A stretch of DNA of 63,937 nt, the filler included, from Octopus bimaculoides (lineage: Eukaryota): NCBI RefSeq assembly GCF_001194135.2. It is 4 parts of 3 records of this genome, joined end to end, with 100 filler letters (N's around TTAATTAATTAA, not from the genome) between each part and the next. Parts side by side here need not be neighbours in the genome. Positions count along the whole stretch, not along the records: positions 1 to 31,442 come from NC_068983.1; positions 31,543 to 37,412 come from NC_068983.1; 2 more parts are not named here. One strand, 5' to 3'. Positions 24,620 through 35,869 of this stretch are shown here, one piece after another; position 1 is the stretch's first letter, and each line of letters starts with the position of its first letter. The notes below the pieces were generated by a model that saw only the letters and a list, made by a program, of their open reading frames with translations, searched no databases and was not told the DNA's origin. A program made the translations under genes and the position numbers.

Positions 24620-25719
24620 AAATAAGGAGAGAGAAAAATGCAGGAATTCTTTCTTGTGTCTATATTGCACCAAATTAATAATTTTTGACATAGATCTACT
24701 CCAGTCTCAACATATTCTAGTGACTATATTATACTAAATGGACCATATTCAACAGAGACGAACACTAGTCTCTAAAAATGGCAGTGATTATATAGTACTA
24801 AAGAACCAGATTGTAAAACTGCCAATCTCTAAAATGGCTCATTTAGGCGTTCTCTGTTCCGTTTTAATCTCTCGCTCTCGTATTCTTTTTTCTTTTCCAT
24901 CTTCCAGTCTCTTTCAATTCAGCTTTTTTGTTCCTTTCTTTCTAATCTGACTTGCTTTCAGAACTAACTAATAAGAATGTCAACTTATCCGTGCCAACCT
25001 TTAATTCGGCAAGGGAAGAATTATGCTTCATATTAATAATTACAATGCCACTGTCGTTCCTGTCATTTCAAATAACATGCTTTCCCCTACATACATACAT
25101 GCGCGAAGACTTAATCACACATGAGCGTACACTAACAAGCGTATACGCGGAAGCGTGCTCGCACATCATGCTCACAGACAGAGAGAAAAACGCGAGAAAA
25201 GGCACGAACATGTCTACACAACTTCACACGAAAGCTCATACATCCAAGTGTACAAACATACACATACATACCAAACCACAGAAATACACCCTTCACACAA
25301 AATATCACACATACTTAAACTCTCATGCATACATAAACATGCACACAAACAACACATACGCACCAAAACAAAATATATACAGCTTTACATTGAAGGATGT
25401 CACAACGAAAAGTAAGCTGACATTATGTATGCATGTATGTGTATGTATAATAATATATATATATGTATGTATGTGTATGAATGTACATTTATGTGTGAGT
25501 ATGAATGTGTATATATATATAAATGTATGTGTGTGTGAGTATGCATGTGTATATATATATAAATATATATATATATGTTTATGTATGTGCGTTTTTATGT
25601 ACGCACATGTAGATATTTGTGTGTGTGTGTGTCTGTGTGTGTGTGTGTATACGTGTATTTGTGTATATATGTATATATACTTTATATGAGTATGCATAAA
25701 CGAGTGTGTGTGTGTAAGT

Positions 25720-25880
25720 AGGCATAAGCACAGTATGGCCGAATAGTTAAATTCACTTCACAACCAAGGTTCCAGGTTCATTCCCTCTACGCGTCATATT
25801 GGGTAAATATTATTTACTCATATCTTGTAGGAGAAACTGGGTTGATGGAAACTGTACAGAAGACGGTCGGTCAGACTGTA
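25720..25880 (+). mobile_element. SINE family C 5' half, highly diverged
   Basis: CAACCAAGGTTCCAGGTTCATTCC...TTGGGTAAATATT...GATGGAAACTGTACAGAAGAC parallels 12520-12660. Confidence 0.5.
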
Positions 25881-26246
25881 TCCGTAATTAAAAAGTACAA
25901 CCTCATCACAAACTCTCTCGAGCAGAGTCTGTCTGATAATTATATTAAGTATAGGCCTGTCTGTGGAATACTCAGCCACGTATAACCTAATTCAGTTAGT
26001 TGAGCAATTTCCAAATAATTGGCCAAGTCATTAAGAGATTCTGATATAAAGCATTTTATTGTCTCACCTAGTACCTTGCGTTCTGAGTTCAAATCTCGTC
26101 GAAGTTTATCTTGTTTTTGCTGGCGCTTCCTCAACACGGCCACGGTTTGGGGGTGGAACACATAAGAAAATAACAGAATCATCACCCTCGAAAAGGACAA
26201 TTAATATAACTGTCGTTGTAACCGATTGAGTGTCAGTTTATATATA

Positions 26247-26450
26247 CAGTGGGGGGGGGGGAATAAATATTCGTACATGTCAAAATTCTTTATTTAATTT
26301 CTAATGAACACAAATGGGATATACCAATACTGTATTTGCATACACATGCATAAACTAAGAATATGCAAAAGAAACTAATAAATTATAGTAACGAAGGAAT
26401 TTATATACAATTATAAATATTTAGGGGTGAAAAAAGTATTGACTGCCATT
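26247..26450 (+). mobile_element. Possible Tc1 IR/DR-type terminal repeat remnant
   Basis: TA-CAGTGGGGG..GAATAAATATT at 26245 and a similar direct motif GGGGTGAAAAAAGTATT about 177 bp downstream; no partner end found. Confidence 0.35.
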
Positions 26451-26454
26451 AAGT

Positions 26455-27462
26455 TTCTTTTTCTTGACATCAACATCTGCGTTTTCTGCTACAACAATAC
26501 TTGCTACCTTGATCAAATTATTTGTTTCTGTGATGTTGTTTGTTCTGATGTATTTCAGAATTTCATTGACATTTTTCGTTTCTTGGTTCATTTTCCATCG
26601 ATCAACCTTTTTAAGGTTGCAAATAATGTCGCTATCGTTCTCCTGTAGTCTTGCCTTTATTCTGTCGTAGATTGCCTTTTGTTCATCTGTCATGTCACCA
26701 TTAGTTTTATTGTCTTCTTTTATATCGTCTATATGTCTCTCATCAAGTAAACTTCCACAGCGCCTTTNNNNNNNNNNTTCTGATGTATTTCAGAATTTCA
26801 TTGACATTTTTCGTTTCTTGGTTCATTTTCCATCGATCAACCTTTTTAAGGTTGCAAATAATGTCGCTATCGTTCTCCTGTAGTCTTGCCTTTATTCTGT
26901 CGTAGATTGCCTTTTGTTCATCTGTCATGTCACCATTAGTTTTATTGTCTTCTTTTATATCGTCTATATGTCTCTCATCAAGTAAACTTCCACAGCGCCT
27001 TTCCTGTGCTATGAGATTACACTTATTAGTAAGAATTGTATTTTCATTGTTATCTCTGCCGCTAATTTTCCATGACCCGTCTTTCGATAGCTTCGAGCTC
27101 TACTTCTGTAAACCAGCAATTTTTCATATTGCTCTAGCTTGATCACATAGTTTCTGTTCCGTGAGTTGAAACAATCCCTTTACTCTCTAATGATCATACA
27201 TACGTTGCCAATGGCCCCTAATTTGAGCACCATTTTCATCTACCGATTTGCTCAGGTAGTAACACTCCATGACCACAGCATTAACTTGCTTACTCCATCT
27301 ATGCCGTGTGTGATGGTCCCTTTCTGGATATCGACAGGCTGGAGCCGGACCAGAATCTCTGAGCCTCCCGGGTGTAACACTGTCACCATCATTGGCTTCA
27401 GTTTCATTACCACCATTATTCACAATATTTTGTTTTTTATTGTCACTCATATAGTTGCGCAA
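26455..27462 (-). mobile_element. R4/Dong RLE-LINE, N-terminal ORF fragment (decayed; contains artefactual duplication at gap 26768-26777)
   Basis: RHRWSKQVNAVVMECYYLSK...IRGHWQRMY and VNEILKYIRTNNITETNNLIKVASIVVAE match the N-terminal region of R4/Dong ORFs (KWS..N..vMECYY; TnDITETN.Li.aaa.vvae). Confidence 0.8.
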
Positions 27463-27608
27463 TTACTAGAGTTTTTATTGTGACACCATAACTAGATGTA
27501 TCATTAATCAGTCCATGGGGAGGCTCCACCCGTTTCCTTTCATTATTATTATTATCATCACTGATATCACTGATATTACTCTTTTTATGTGTATTAGCAG
27601 CAGTGGTT

Positions 27609-27642
<34 letters not shown>

Positions 27643-28174
27643 TATCAGGTGTGGGGGTAGTGGTAAGGGTGGTAGTTGGGCCTCAGATTCCTGTGATATC
27701 ATAATAGTAGTAGTTGTAGTATTAGTATTAGTAATATCTAGTATCAGCAGCTGCAGCATATTATTATTTTTTTTATCATTATCATCATCACCACCACTAC
27801 CATTATTATTATCATTATTACTATTTCCATTTATTAATTAAAGATTTTGCTAAACGTACTTTATTTTCAACTTTTATCTTGTACTTGAGATAATCATAGA
27901 TATGTGGTTGTTGAAGGTGATAGTTGGGTTGCAGGTTGGAGAATAGATCATATTCTACAGGTCTATAAATGGATTCGGCAGATGGTGGGGAGGTCAGCCA
28001 TAGAGACAAAAGAATCTTCGAACCCTTTGGGTCAGCATAAGTCAAATGTGTTTACCACTACCAGTGGCCACTGAGAGCGCTGCCTTGAAAAGAAGCAATT
28101 CAACCTGTTATGTTTGTAATTACTGGTAGAAAAACAACAATACACACACACACGCACCTCTCACACACACACAC

Positions 28175-28221
<47 letters not shown>

Positions 28222-28239
28222 TATACTGATATTCACGTC

Positions 28240-29230
28240 GATGAATTTTTGAATTTCTGAATTCAATTGTGTTGTTGCAATAAAAGGTGTGTTTACGTAT
28301 TTGGGTAATACATTAAGTTTTTAAGTTTTCTTGAGATGTACGTTTGTCTGTCCAGTTGGAGAAAACAGTAGGACTTTCGCAATGAAAAAGATGTTTACAT
28401 TTCATTTTCGAATACTCAGGGAGAGTCAAAAAGAAAAGAAAACAAGTTGTAGATAGTAAAGTTTTAAGATTTACTAAATATAGTCGTTTGGTTGTGTTCT
28501 TAGAATAAAAAGGAGCATGATGTTTGCATTTTCGAATACTCAAGGAGAAAGGAAAGGATAGAGTAGTTGTAAATATTAAAGTGTGTGTGTTCGACAGCTG
28601 TAAGTATGTAAGTTTCCTAACTTATTTTATTTTGACGGAGATTTAAAATATTCATAGGAAATTGTAGATATTCCAGTCTTTGGGAATAGTAGGAGGAAAA
28701 GATGTTCACCTTTTTGGATTTTTGAATTTCTGAATTTGTTGTTCTTTTTCTTTTGGAATGTTTCTTTTCTTTTTAAAAGTTTTGCTGTGGCTTACATTTT
28801 TTACAGTAGTGCAGTATGTATATATTGACAGGCGCTTACTTCCTTAATTTTTTATCGTGTGTTTAAGTGTGTTGTTGCAATAAAAGGCATGTTNNNNNNN
28901 NNNCAAATATTCAGGGAACGGAAAGAAAAGGAAATTAACATTTTTTCACTGAAAATTGTAGATATGAAGTTTTTAAATTTTACTGGAGATGATCTTTTGT
29001 GTGTCCGAACAGAGAAAACTAGTGTTCTTGGAATAAACAGTATGTTTACATTTTCGAATTCTCAGGGGGGTAAAAATGATAGGTATTCACAGAAGGTGTA
29101 GATATTAAAGGTTTTAAAGCTGATTGTTTATGTGTTCGAAAACTGTAGATATGTAAGTTCCTTAACTTATTTTGAAGGAAATTGAAAATGCTCACAAGAA
29201 ACTGTAGATATTCCAGTCTTTTAGAGTTAT
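28240..29230. repeat. Complex degenerate tandem repeat / satellite
   Basis: Recurring blocks: TTTTCGAAT[A/T]CTCA[G/A]GG (~28404, 28531, 29051), GTGTTGTTGCAATAAAAGG (28268, 28868), TGTAGATATT, ATGTAAGTT[T]CCT[T]AACTTATTTT (28607, 29151). Confidence 0.8.
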
Positions 29231-29320
29231 TTTTTCAGTTGTCCTGCTGGGTTGTATTATTGTTTCTATGTCTTCAGCTGCTGACAGGTCAGAGCAGCGA
29301 AGAACACATCCAGCCGCCTA

Positions 29321-29322
<2 letters not shown>

Positions 29323-29410
<88 letters not shown>
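29323..29410. repeat. (TTA)n microsatellite at the LINE 3' end
   Basis: Direct reading; abuts the R4/Dong 3' UTR. Confidence 0.97.
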
Positions 29411-29411
<1 letters not shown>

Positions 29412-30228
29412 TGTTTCACTTTTGCTTTGTATTTGTAAAAGTTGACTCCAAGCCTCGCCCAGAGACCTTAAGAGACAACAAGTTAGAGGTTCATGTTGGT
29501 GTTATGCCTAGGGTGTCATATATTTAGTTTTGCACATAGTATTGTTCTAGAAAATGTTTAAGAAAACATAAGAAAATTGTGAGTTTGTTTTAAAATTTGA
29601 GATTACATAGACAGTATTTTACGTAGGATATGGGCAATTTCCCATGAGCACTATCTTTTGAATTTCTGCCATTTTGGGGTTTCCTGGTATCTGAGCTAGG
29701 TAGCAATCAGCCCCTTTTGCTATCATTCCTAGGGCACCTATGACAACAGGTATTATTTTAGTCTTCAGGTTCCACATTTTGCTAACTTCTATTTCAAGAT
29801 CTCTATACTAGCTCAGCTTTTGATAGGTCTTGACAGATACATTTAAGTCGATTGGCAAAGTCATATCAATGAGGAGGCATAATTTTTGTCTGAAGTCTTT
29901 CAATATAATATCTGGCCTGTTCCCATCTATCTTTCTGTCAGTTTGAACAATGAAGTTCCAGACGAGTGAGATGTGATCATTTTCAAGCACTGGAGGTGGT
30001 TGGTGTTACCACCAGTTATTATCATGGGGCAGGTTCAGGTTTTTTCAAGTTACCCAGTGAATATACTGTGCTACTCTATTATACTGTAGGCGAAAGAAGA
30101 CTGCACATGGAGACAGCATGATCAATGGTTTCATTGTTTACATACACGACACGTGGTGCTGCCGCCGTTCTTTAGTATGTTGACCTGGTAGCTCCTTGTA
30201 GGTAAGCATTGATCTTGGGCTGCAATGA
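29411..30228 (-). mobile_element. R4/Dong RLE-LINE, 5'-truncated 3' end (zinc knuckle + restriction-like endonuclease + 3' UTR)
   Basis: IIAAQDQCLPTRSYQ, CxxC..ETIDH..SMC knuckle, YIHWV, VLENDHISLVWNFIVQTDRKIDGNRPDII...CLLIDMTLP.D, PVVIGALG, EIQKIVLMG; 3' UTR followed by (AAT)n. Confidence 0.92.
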
Positions 30229-30321
30229 TCTCATACTTACAGACAAGAAGTTTCGCAGAGTAGGTGCTAGTTTATATATTTATTAGTTTTATCATCATCA
30301 TCATTATTATTATTATTATTA

Positions 30322-30416
<95 letters not shown>

Positions 30417-30417
30417 T

Positions 30418-30568
30418 TACGTTCTGAGTTCAAATTCTGCCGAGGTCGATTTTGCCTTTCATCATTTCAGGGTCGATAAATTAAGTACCAGTGAAACACT
30501 AGGACTGATTTAATCGGTTAGCCCCCTCCCCAAAAATTTCAGGCCTTGTGTCTTTAGTAGAAAGGATT
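30418..30568 (+). mobile_element. SINE family A, 5'-truncated, directly after (ATT)n 30293-30417
   Basis: Starts at TACGTTCTGAGTTCAAATT, ends GTAGAAAGGATT. Confidence 0.9.
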
Positions 30569-30592
30569 ACTGTTGCTGTTGTTGTTGTTAGC

Positions 30593-30795
30593 CAGTGAGC
30601 TTGTAGGATTGTTAGCACGCCGGACTAAATGCCTAGCAGCATCCCATCCGCGTCTTTACGTTCTCGGTACAAATATTACCGATATCATCTTTACTTTTCA
30701 TCCCTTCGGGGTCAATAAAATGTGAATCAATTCAGTACTAGGGTCGATGTAATCGACATCTCCCTTCCATCAAAAATTGCTGGACTTGTGCTAAA
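30593..30795 (+). mobile_element. SINE family A (diverged)
   Basis: GTGAGCTTGTAGGATTGTTAGCACGCCGG head; CCCTTCGGGGTCAATAAAAT...GGGTCGATGTAATCGAC body. Confidence 0.8.
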
Positions 30796-31314
30796 ATTAA
30801 TTTTGATTACTTATTATTAATTCAAAGACCTTGTGAAGACTAATACGTTGGCTTTTATCCCTTTATGTCGAAGAATGCGGTGTTATTCATTCATCTTTTG
30901 TTTTATTCACTTCTTTTTAGTTTCCTGCAATGATGACATTGGCTGTGAATCTCATAATGAAATTATCGATTCTCTGAAAGTAATAGTGCAAATTCCCTCT
31001 TAATGTATTATAAATAGATCAAAATCAATCTGATGTAGCCCATCTCTTTCAATAATTCATTTACTTATGTCTGAATTCAAATCAGGCCGATGTCAGCTAT
31101 GCTCTCATATTTCCAGGATCAATAAAATAAACACTACTGAAATACTGAGATTGCTATAATCAACTAACCCCCACCGCAACTATATTTCTTGACCTGGGTG
31201 TTTATAAGTAACCATTGATTAAACCCAGCATGGCAAGCTAACCAAATACTGTATATACAATACACCAACAGCTTACAACAGTGAGTTATACTTTGCCTAT
31301 AATATTTGGGTGAG

Positions 31315-31356
<42 letters not shown>

Positions 31357-31357
31357 C

Positions 31358-31442
31358 ATTTCTTTTATTAGCCACACAGGGCTCAACGAAGATGGGACAA
31401 ATACAATGTAGAGCTTTTCTTTTTGGGAGGGGGAAGGAAGGA
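31358..31442 (-). mobile_element. Probable L1/Tx1-like LINE 3' terminus, cut by a scaffold join
   Basis: Minus strand TTTGTCCCATCTTCGTTGAGCCCTGTGTGGCTAATAAAAGAAAT then (CTAT)n; pyrimidine-rich UTR with AATAAA. No ORF visible, so the clade is an inference. Confidence 0.45.
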
Positions 31443-31542
31443 NNNNNNNNNNNNNNNNNNNNNNNNNNNNNNNNNNNNNNNNNNNNTTAATTAATTAANN
31501 NNNNNNNNNNNNNNNNNNNNNNNNNNNNNNNNNNNNNNNNNN
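31443..31542. other. Artificial 100-bp scaffold-join spacer N44-TTAATTAATTAA-N44
   Basis: Identical architecture at 37413-37512 and 61710-61809; the 12-mer has stops in all six frames. Confidence 0.95.
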
Positions 31543-31739
31543 GTGGTAGTGGTGGTGGTGGTGGTAGTGGTGGTGGTGGTGCTGGTGCTGGTGCTGGTGG
31601 TGGTGCTGGTGGTGGTGCTGGTGGTGGCGGCGACTGTGATGGTGATACTGAGGTGAATAGTAATAAAATTACAATGTGACGACGCTCCTTTGGAATTACA
31701 TTGATCTTAACTGATCATGTAGTCTTATAAAAATATAGA

Positions 31740-31915
31740 CTTTAACGCTGCTGTTTAGTCAAGGGCGATCCGTGACCATCCCGTCTTTTAGTATAAACAG
31801 GATACATTTTCCGGTGGTTAGTTCCCTTTTTATGAGAGAAAGATATATAACTGTTACTTTTAGTAGCTGGTCTAGTGACCTCATAGAGTTTCTCTCGTTG
31901 GCCCGTCTAGCAGTA
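31740..31915 (-). mobile_element. Repeat family D (diverged)
   Basis: Reverse complement GGTCACTAGACCAGCTA...AAAGACGGGATGGTCACGGATCGCCCTTGA..AAACAGCAGC. Confidence 0.55.
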
Positions 31916-32098
31916 GTTGTTGTTAACCCCGGGTGAACACTGATGCTAAACAGTCCCTAGTTTCCATTAGCATTGTTTGACTATAGGTTTTACTAAACAT
32001 GAGAGAGTAGGAGAGAGTGACAGAGTGGGAGAGACAGCGTGTAAGAGAGAGTGACAGAGTAAGAAGGGAGAGAGAGAATGAAAATGAGAGAGAGAAAT

Positions 32099-32134
<36 letters not shown>

Positions 32135-32174
32135 GAATGAGAGAGAGAGAGTGAGAGAGAGAGAGAAATCCGCA

Positions 32175-32750
32175 TCATTCAGGCACGCGGTTTACTGTCA
32201 GTTTCAAAATCGACTCTGGCCTCGCTTGAAAATCAGTGCAGGCAAAGATAGCTGGAATCCACTGAGCATTCATTCATGCCATCATATTATAACGGATGTG
32301 ATACATGGCCAATGAGAGTGGTGGGTCTATGGAAACAGGAACTATTTGATTACTTTTGTCTTTGTGGAATCCACAAAGTTGGCACTCAGGATTTTGTGTC
32401 AAACCTCGGAGTCCATCGTTGTAATCAGACCGATTTCCTTCGACAATACTTGCCTAAAAGCCGCATCTCTAAGTTTGGCCATTCAATTGGACACAGAGCA
32501 AACCCGTCCGTGATGCAGTGAAGTCAAAGCATCTCCAAGGATGGTATGAGCGAAACGGAAAACAGAAAATAGAATAGTACAATCAAGTCGAATCTTAAAT
32601 CGATATCTTATCCTTGTTTGACTGGTGCCCGTTGCTGGAATCGAGACTAGTTGACCACTTCTGCTTCAAACGTCTGCGATTGCAGATAGTGGTCGGCTCT
32701 AGCTGGAGATTATGTTGATTTATTGGTTGAAGGGGCATAATTCGTTACAT
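32175..32750 (+). mobile_element. RTE-clade LINE 3' fragment (RT thumb), decayed
   Basis: NRLWPR..IS..AKI, YNGCDTWPMRV, FDYFCLCGI.KV..QDFVSN, FGH parallel the RTE/BovB pattern LW....IS..TKL..Y...LLYGCETW...FD..CLR.IL.V.W.D.VSN...RWFGH. Confidence 0.75.
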
Positions 32751-32806
32751 GATGAAAGCCGATACCAGAACAAATATCTTACTGTTAGACAATATATAAG
32801 TATATG

Positions 32807-33122
32807 AACCCCTTCGGTCACGAATGACCATGGGATTGCACCTAGAGTGTTACCTTCCTAGGCACAAGTCCAAGCAAGGTTGTTTATGGAAGACCAGCAG
32901 TCACCCATGCATACCAGCTTCCCCTTTCCACGCCACCGATGTTATCCAAAGGAAAGACAAAAGCCGATACAGCTTGGCACTAGTAACGTCGCAACTCATT
33001 TCTACAGCTGAATGAACTGCAGCAACGTGAAATAAAGTGTCTTCCTCAAGAACACTACACAAAGCCCGGTCTGAGAATCGAACTCATAACCTCACGATCG
33101 TAAGCTCGTAAGCCATGCGCCT
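32807..33122 (-). mobile_element. tRNA-derived SINE family F
   Basis: Head GGCGCATGGCT...GAGTTCGATTCTCAGACCGGG (like family B), body GTGTTCTTGAGGAAGACACTTTATTTCACGTTGC..CAGCTGTAGAAATGAG, 3' hairpin TGGTCATTCGTGACCG. Confidence 0.8.
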
Positions 33123-33149
33123 TCATACAATATATGAAGGCCGTTCTTC

Positions 33150-33560
33150 GTTTACGTGATTCAGTTACTGGACTGCAGCCATGCCGGAACACCGCAATGA
33201 CGGGTTTAACTGGACCATTTGCCCTTAGAGTTCTTTTTTTTTTTTTTAAGTCTGGCACCTATTCACTAGGTCTCTTTTCCGGATCGTTAAGTTACGAGGA
33301 TGTAAACAAACCAGCACTAGTTGTCATGCAGTGGAGCGGACAAACATAAGCACAAAGACACACACAGACCCAGACATAGGCACACACATATATGTCCACG
33401 ACAGGCTTCCATACAATCACCGTCTACCAAATTCAACTCACAAGGCATTGGTCGGCTTGTAGTTATAGTAGAAGGTACTTGCTCAAGCTGCCGGGCCGTG
33501 GGACTGAACACGAACCAAAGTGGTTGCAAAGGGAGCTTCTTAACCACAGCCACGTCTGCA
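33150..33560 (-). mobile_element. CORE-type SINE family C, full length
   Basis: Head GTGCAGACGTGGCTGTGGTTAAGAAGCT, CORE-like GCAGCTTGAGCAAGTA, TTTGGTAGACGG, internal (TG)-rich linker, tail GCGGTGTTCCGGCATGGCTGCAGTCC. Confidence 0.85.
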
Positions 33561-34044
33561 CTTTGAGGGGAATTTAATGTTATCTTATGACGTGCCGGGT
33601 CCTTAACTGCGCATGTTACATTTTTCCCACAATCCAATCTATTCCCCATGTGCTGACAGATTGTTGTAGTGGCCGCAGTTCATTGAGTCAAGGTGGAATT
33701 AGCCGAAGCACGATAGTTATTTGCCTGTATTTGCTTCTGATGAGGCACATTCCAGCACAGGGTTAAAAAGAAATGGCTTTGTTTCGTCTTGTTTTTATGT
33801 CTTAATGCTTGAAGTAGTGTTGATACAAAGATGTTTTTTTTTATTTTATTTAGTCCCACGTTAGCCATACTGATGCAGACATACCAGCAAAGGCATTTCA
33901 AGTGTGAGAAAAACGTTGTTTTCTATATCTCTAGCGTCTTTTCTTTTCACAATAACAATAGTATGTTGTTTAAAGAGAAGAACCGCAGTCTATTTTAAGT
34001 AGATAGTGTGATTACGAGCAGGTACCCTTGTTGGTTCATCAGCA

Positions 34045-34105
<61 letters not shown>

Positions 34106-34329
34106 TGGTGTTGTTGTTGTTGTTGTTGTTGCTGCTGTTATTCTTGCTGGTGTTTTGTTATTGTTGTTATTGTTGCTTACCCTGATTGGTTCGACCTACT
34201 ATCAACTGAATTCCTGCTGTAACCACGTGTTCCCCTAATCTGTAAGGGTTACTTGGCTGCTATTTCTAGCAGGTCAAACGACCAAGACGTGGCTCCCTCA
34301 TCGACTCGAGTCGACAGCAGCAGCAGCAA

Positions 34330-34505
<176 letters not shown>

Positions 34506-35186
34506 ACACCATCAGCTGCTGCTGCTGCTGCAGTGAGCCAATTAGTGGCAGAGAAGAGATATTTTTTAAAAGTGGATTCCTACAGAGTTTCTTCTCAGAA
34601 TGTAAAACGTACGAGTCTTTTAACCAAAAAGAAATATTTGTACTGTTTTACTACATCTACTACCAAATAAGGAACTAGATTCTAAATAATTAATGTACTG
34701 ACTCCAAAAATATCAATTAATTAAAAATAAACTCATAGATTAATTATTAATTATTAATTATGGTCAAAAAAATCAAGGATGGCATCTCTGAATGAATATG
34801 AGTTAAAAATTAATTTCCCGACTGTTATTTTTATGTTGTTGTTTTTTTCTTAATAAGGATAATGGTTTCTAAATTATACACAGGACCACGAGTTCGAAGG
34901 AAGACTATTATTGATTATAATTATATTCGTCCTCGTATTTGATTGGTAGTAATTATATCGATTCGCATATGACGAGAAGGAAGAAAATTAGTGTACGTCG
35001 GACGTATTTGAAAGCAGTGGTATAACCGTATAATTCAGAAGAGAGTCACGTGATTAAGGTTTAGCTGTTAAAGTCTAACACCGCGGACACGTCTTTTCCA
35101 CAATAAGAAGTTCCTATCTTATAAATGTAACTGAGTAGATGGAAGCTGTAACGGAGGACACGGTATATATATACATATATATATAT

Positions 35187-35322
35187 CTGTAAAGATATGT
35201 GACACTTATTCAGTAGCCATGATAAAACTCCAAGTTTCGGATGTCGGGATGGGAACCCACGCCAACATCTCTTCAGTTATCCGGCCATTGAAAATTCCCG
35301 TGAAAAATGATCGTTAAACATG
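35187..35322 (-). mobile_element. 136-bp ribozyme-bearing unit between (TA)n arrays (solo PLE pseudo-LTR or retrozyme-like)
   Basis: Unique sequence bounded by (TA)n at 35164-35186 and 35323-35334, containing a hammerhead motif. Confidence 0.55.
35213..35290 (-). ncRNA. Type I hammerhead ribozyme motif
   Basis: Minus strand: TGGCCGGATAA-CTGAAGA-GATGTTGG-cgtgggttcccatc-CCGACATC-c-GAAA-CT-tgg-AG-TT-TTATCaTGGCTA. Intact CUGAAGA and GAAA core, 8-bp stem II, short stem III, GUU triplet, stem I of 5 bp + bulge + 6 bp; one extra C before G12. Confidence 0.7.
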
Positions 35323-35824
35323 TATATATATATANNNNNNNNNNNNNNNNNNNNNNNNNNNNATATATATATTTCTGTGCGAGTTAGGGGTTGGGAAACA
35401 AGCCAAACAAGGGATAGTACCTAACCAATATACTGCTGGTGGTGTACCCAATTATTCATACCCAAGTGCTAGTTATTGCATGGCAATCTCGCAATTGAGT
35501 GTCTTATAATGGGCGAGGGTAAAAAGTGGTTTACCCTGAATTTATACGGCAAATTAGAAAATGGAGAGGATACAAAAACGACCTACATCAGCCGGTAGAC
35601 ATTCTAGTATGTCTATTTATTCCAAAGTAATAGAATGTATTAGAAGAATACATAAACATGTAATAACCATGTGTTACATACACATGTACTAATATTATAG
35701 AAAAGAGCAAAAGATCAGATTGTCAATAGGTGCTAGTTCCTTACGGCCGTTTCTGCCAAGATTGATATATATAGATACATATATACATGTATGTATGTAT
35801 GTTTATGGATGGATGAATATATAG

Positions 35825-35869
35825 GTCTCACCTGAAGATCGCAGTGGTCTGAAACTGGACTTGCGAGAC
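35825..35869 (+). ncRNA. Decayed hammerhead-like motif
   Basis: GTCTCAC-CTGAAGA-tcgcagtggtct-GAAA-ctggac-TT-GCGAGAC: core intact, stem I 6/7 paired, but stems II and III poorly paired. Confidence 0.35.

Noticed and set aside
24952-25697. 245-aa ORF and antisense ORF
   Set aside because: Second half is (CA)/(TG)/(TA) degenerate repeat; His/Thr/Val/Cys/Tyr composition is the dinucleotide signature.
28240-29230. CRISPR-like repeat-spacer appearance
   Set aside because: Repeats are degenerate, irregularly spaced and the spacers are themselves related; eukaryotic context, no cas genes.
26455-30228. Single long R4/Dong element joining the N-terminal and C-terminal fragments
   Set aside because: On the minus strand the C-terminal piece comes first, and 2 kb of unrelated sequence intervenes; these are separate insertions.
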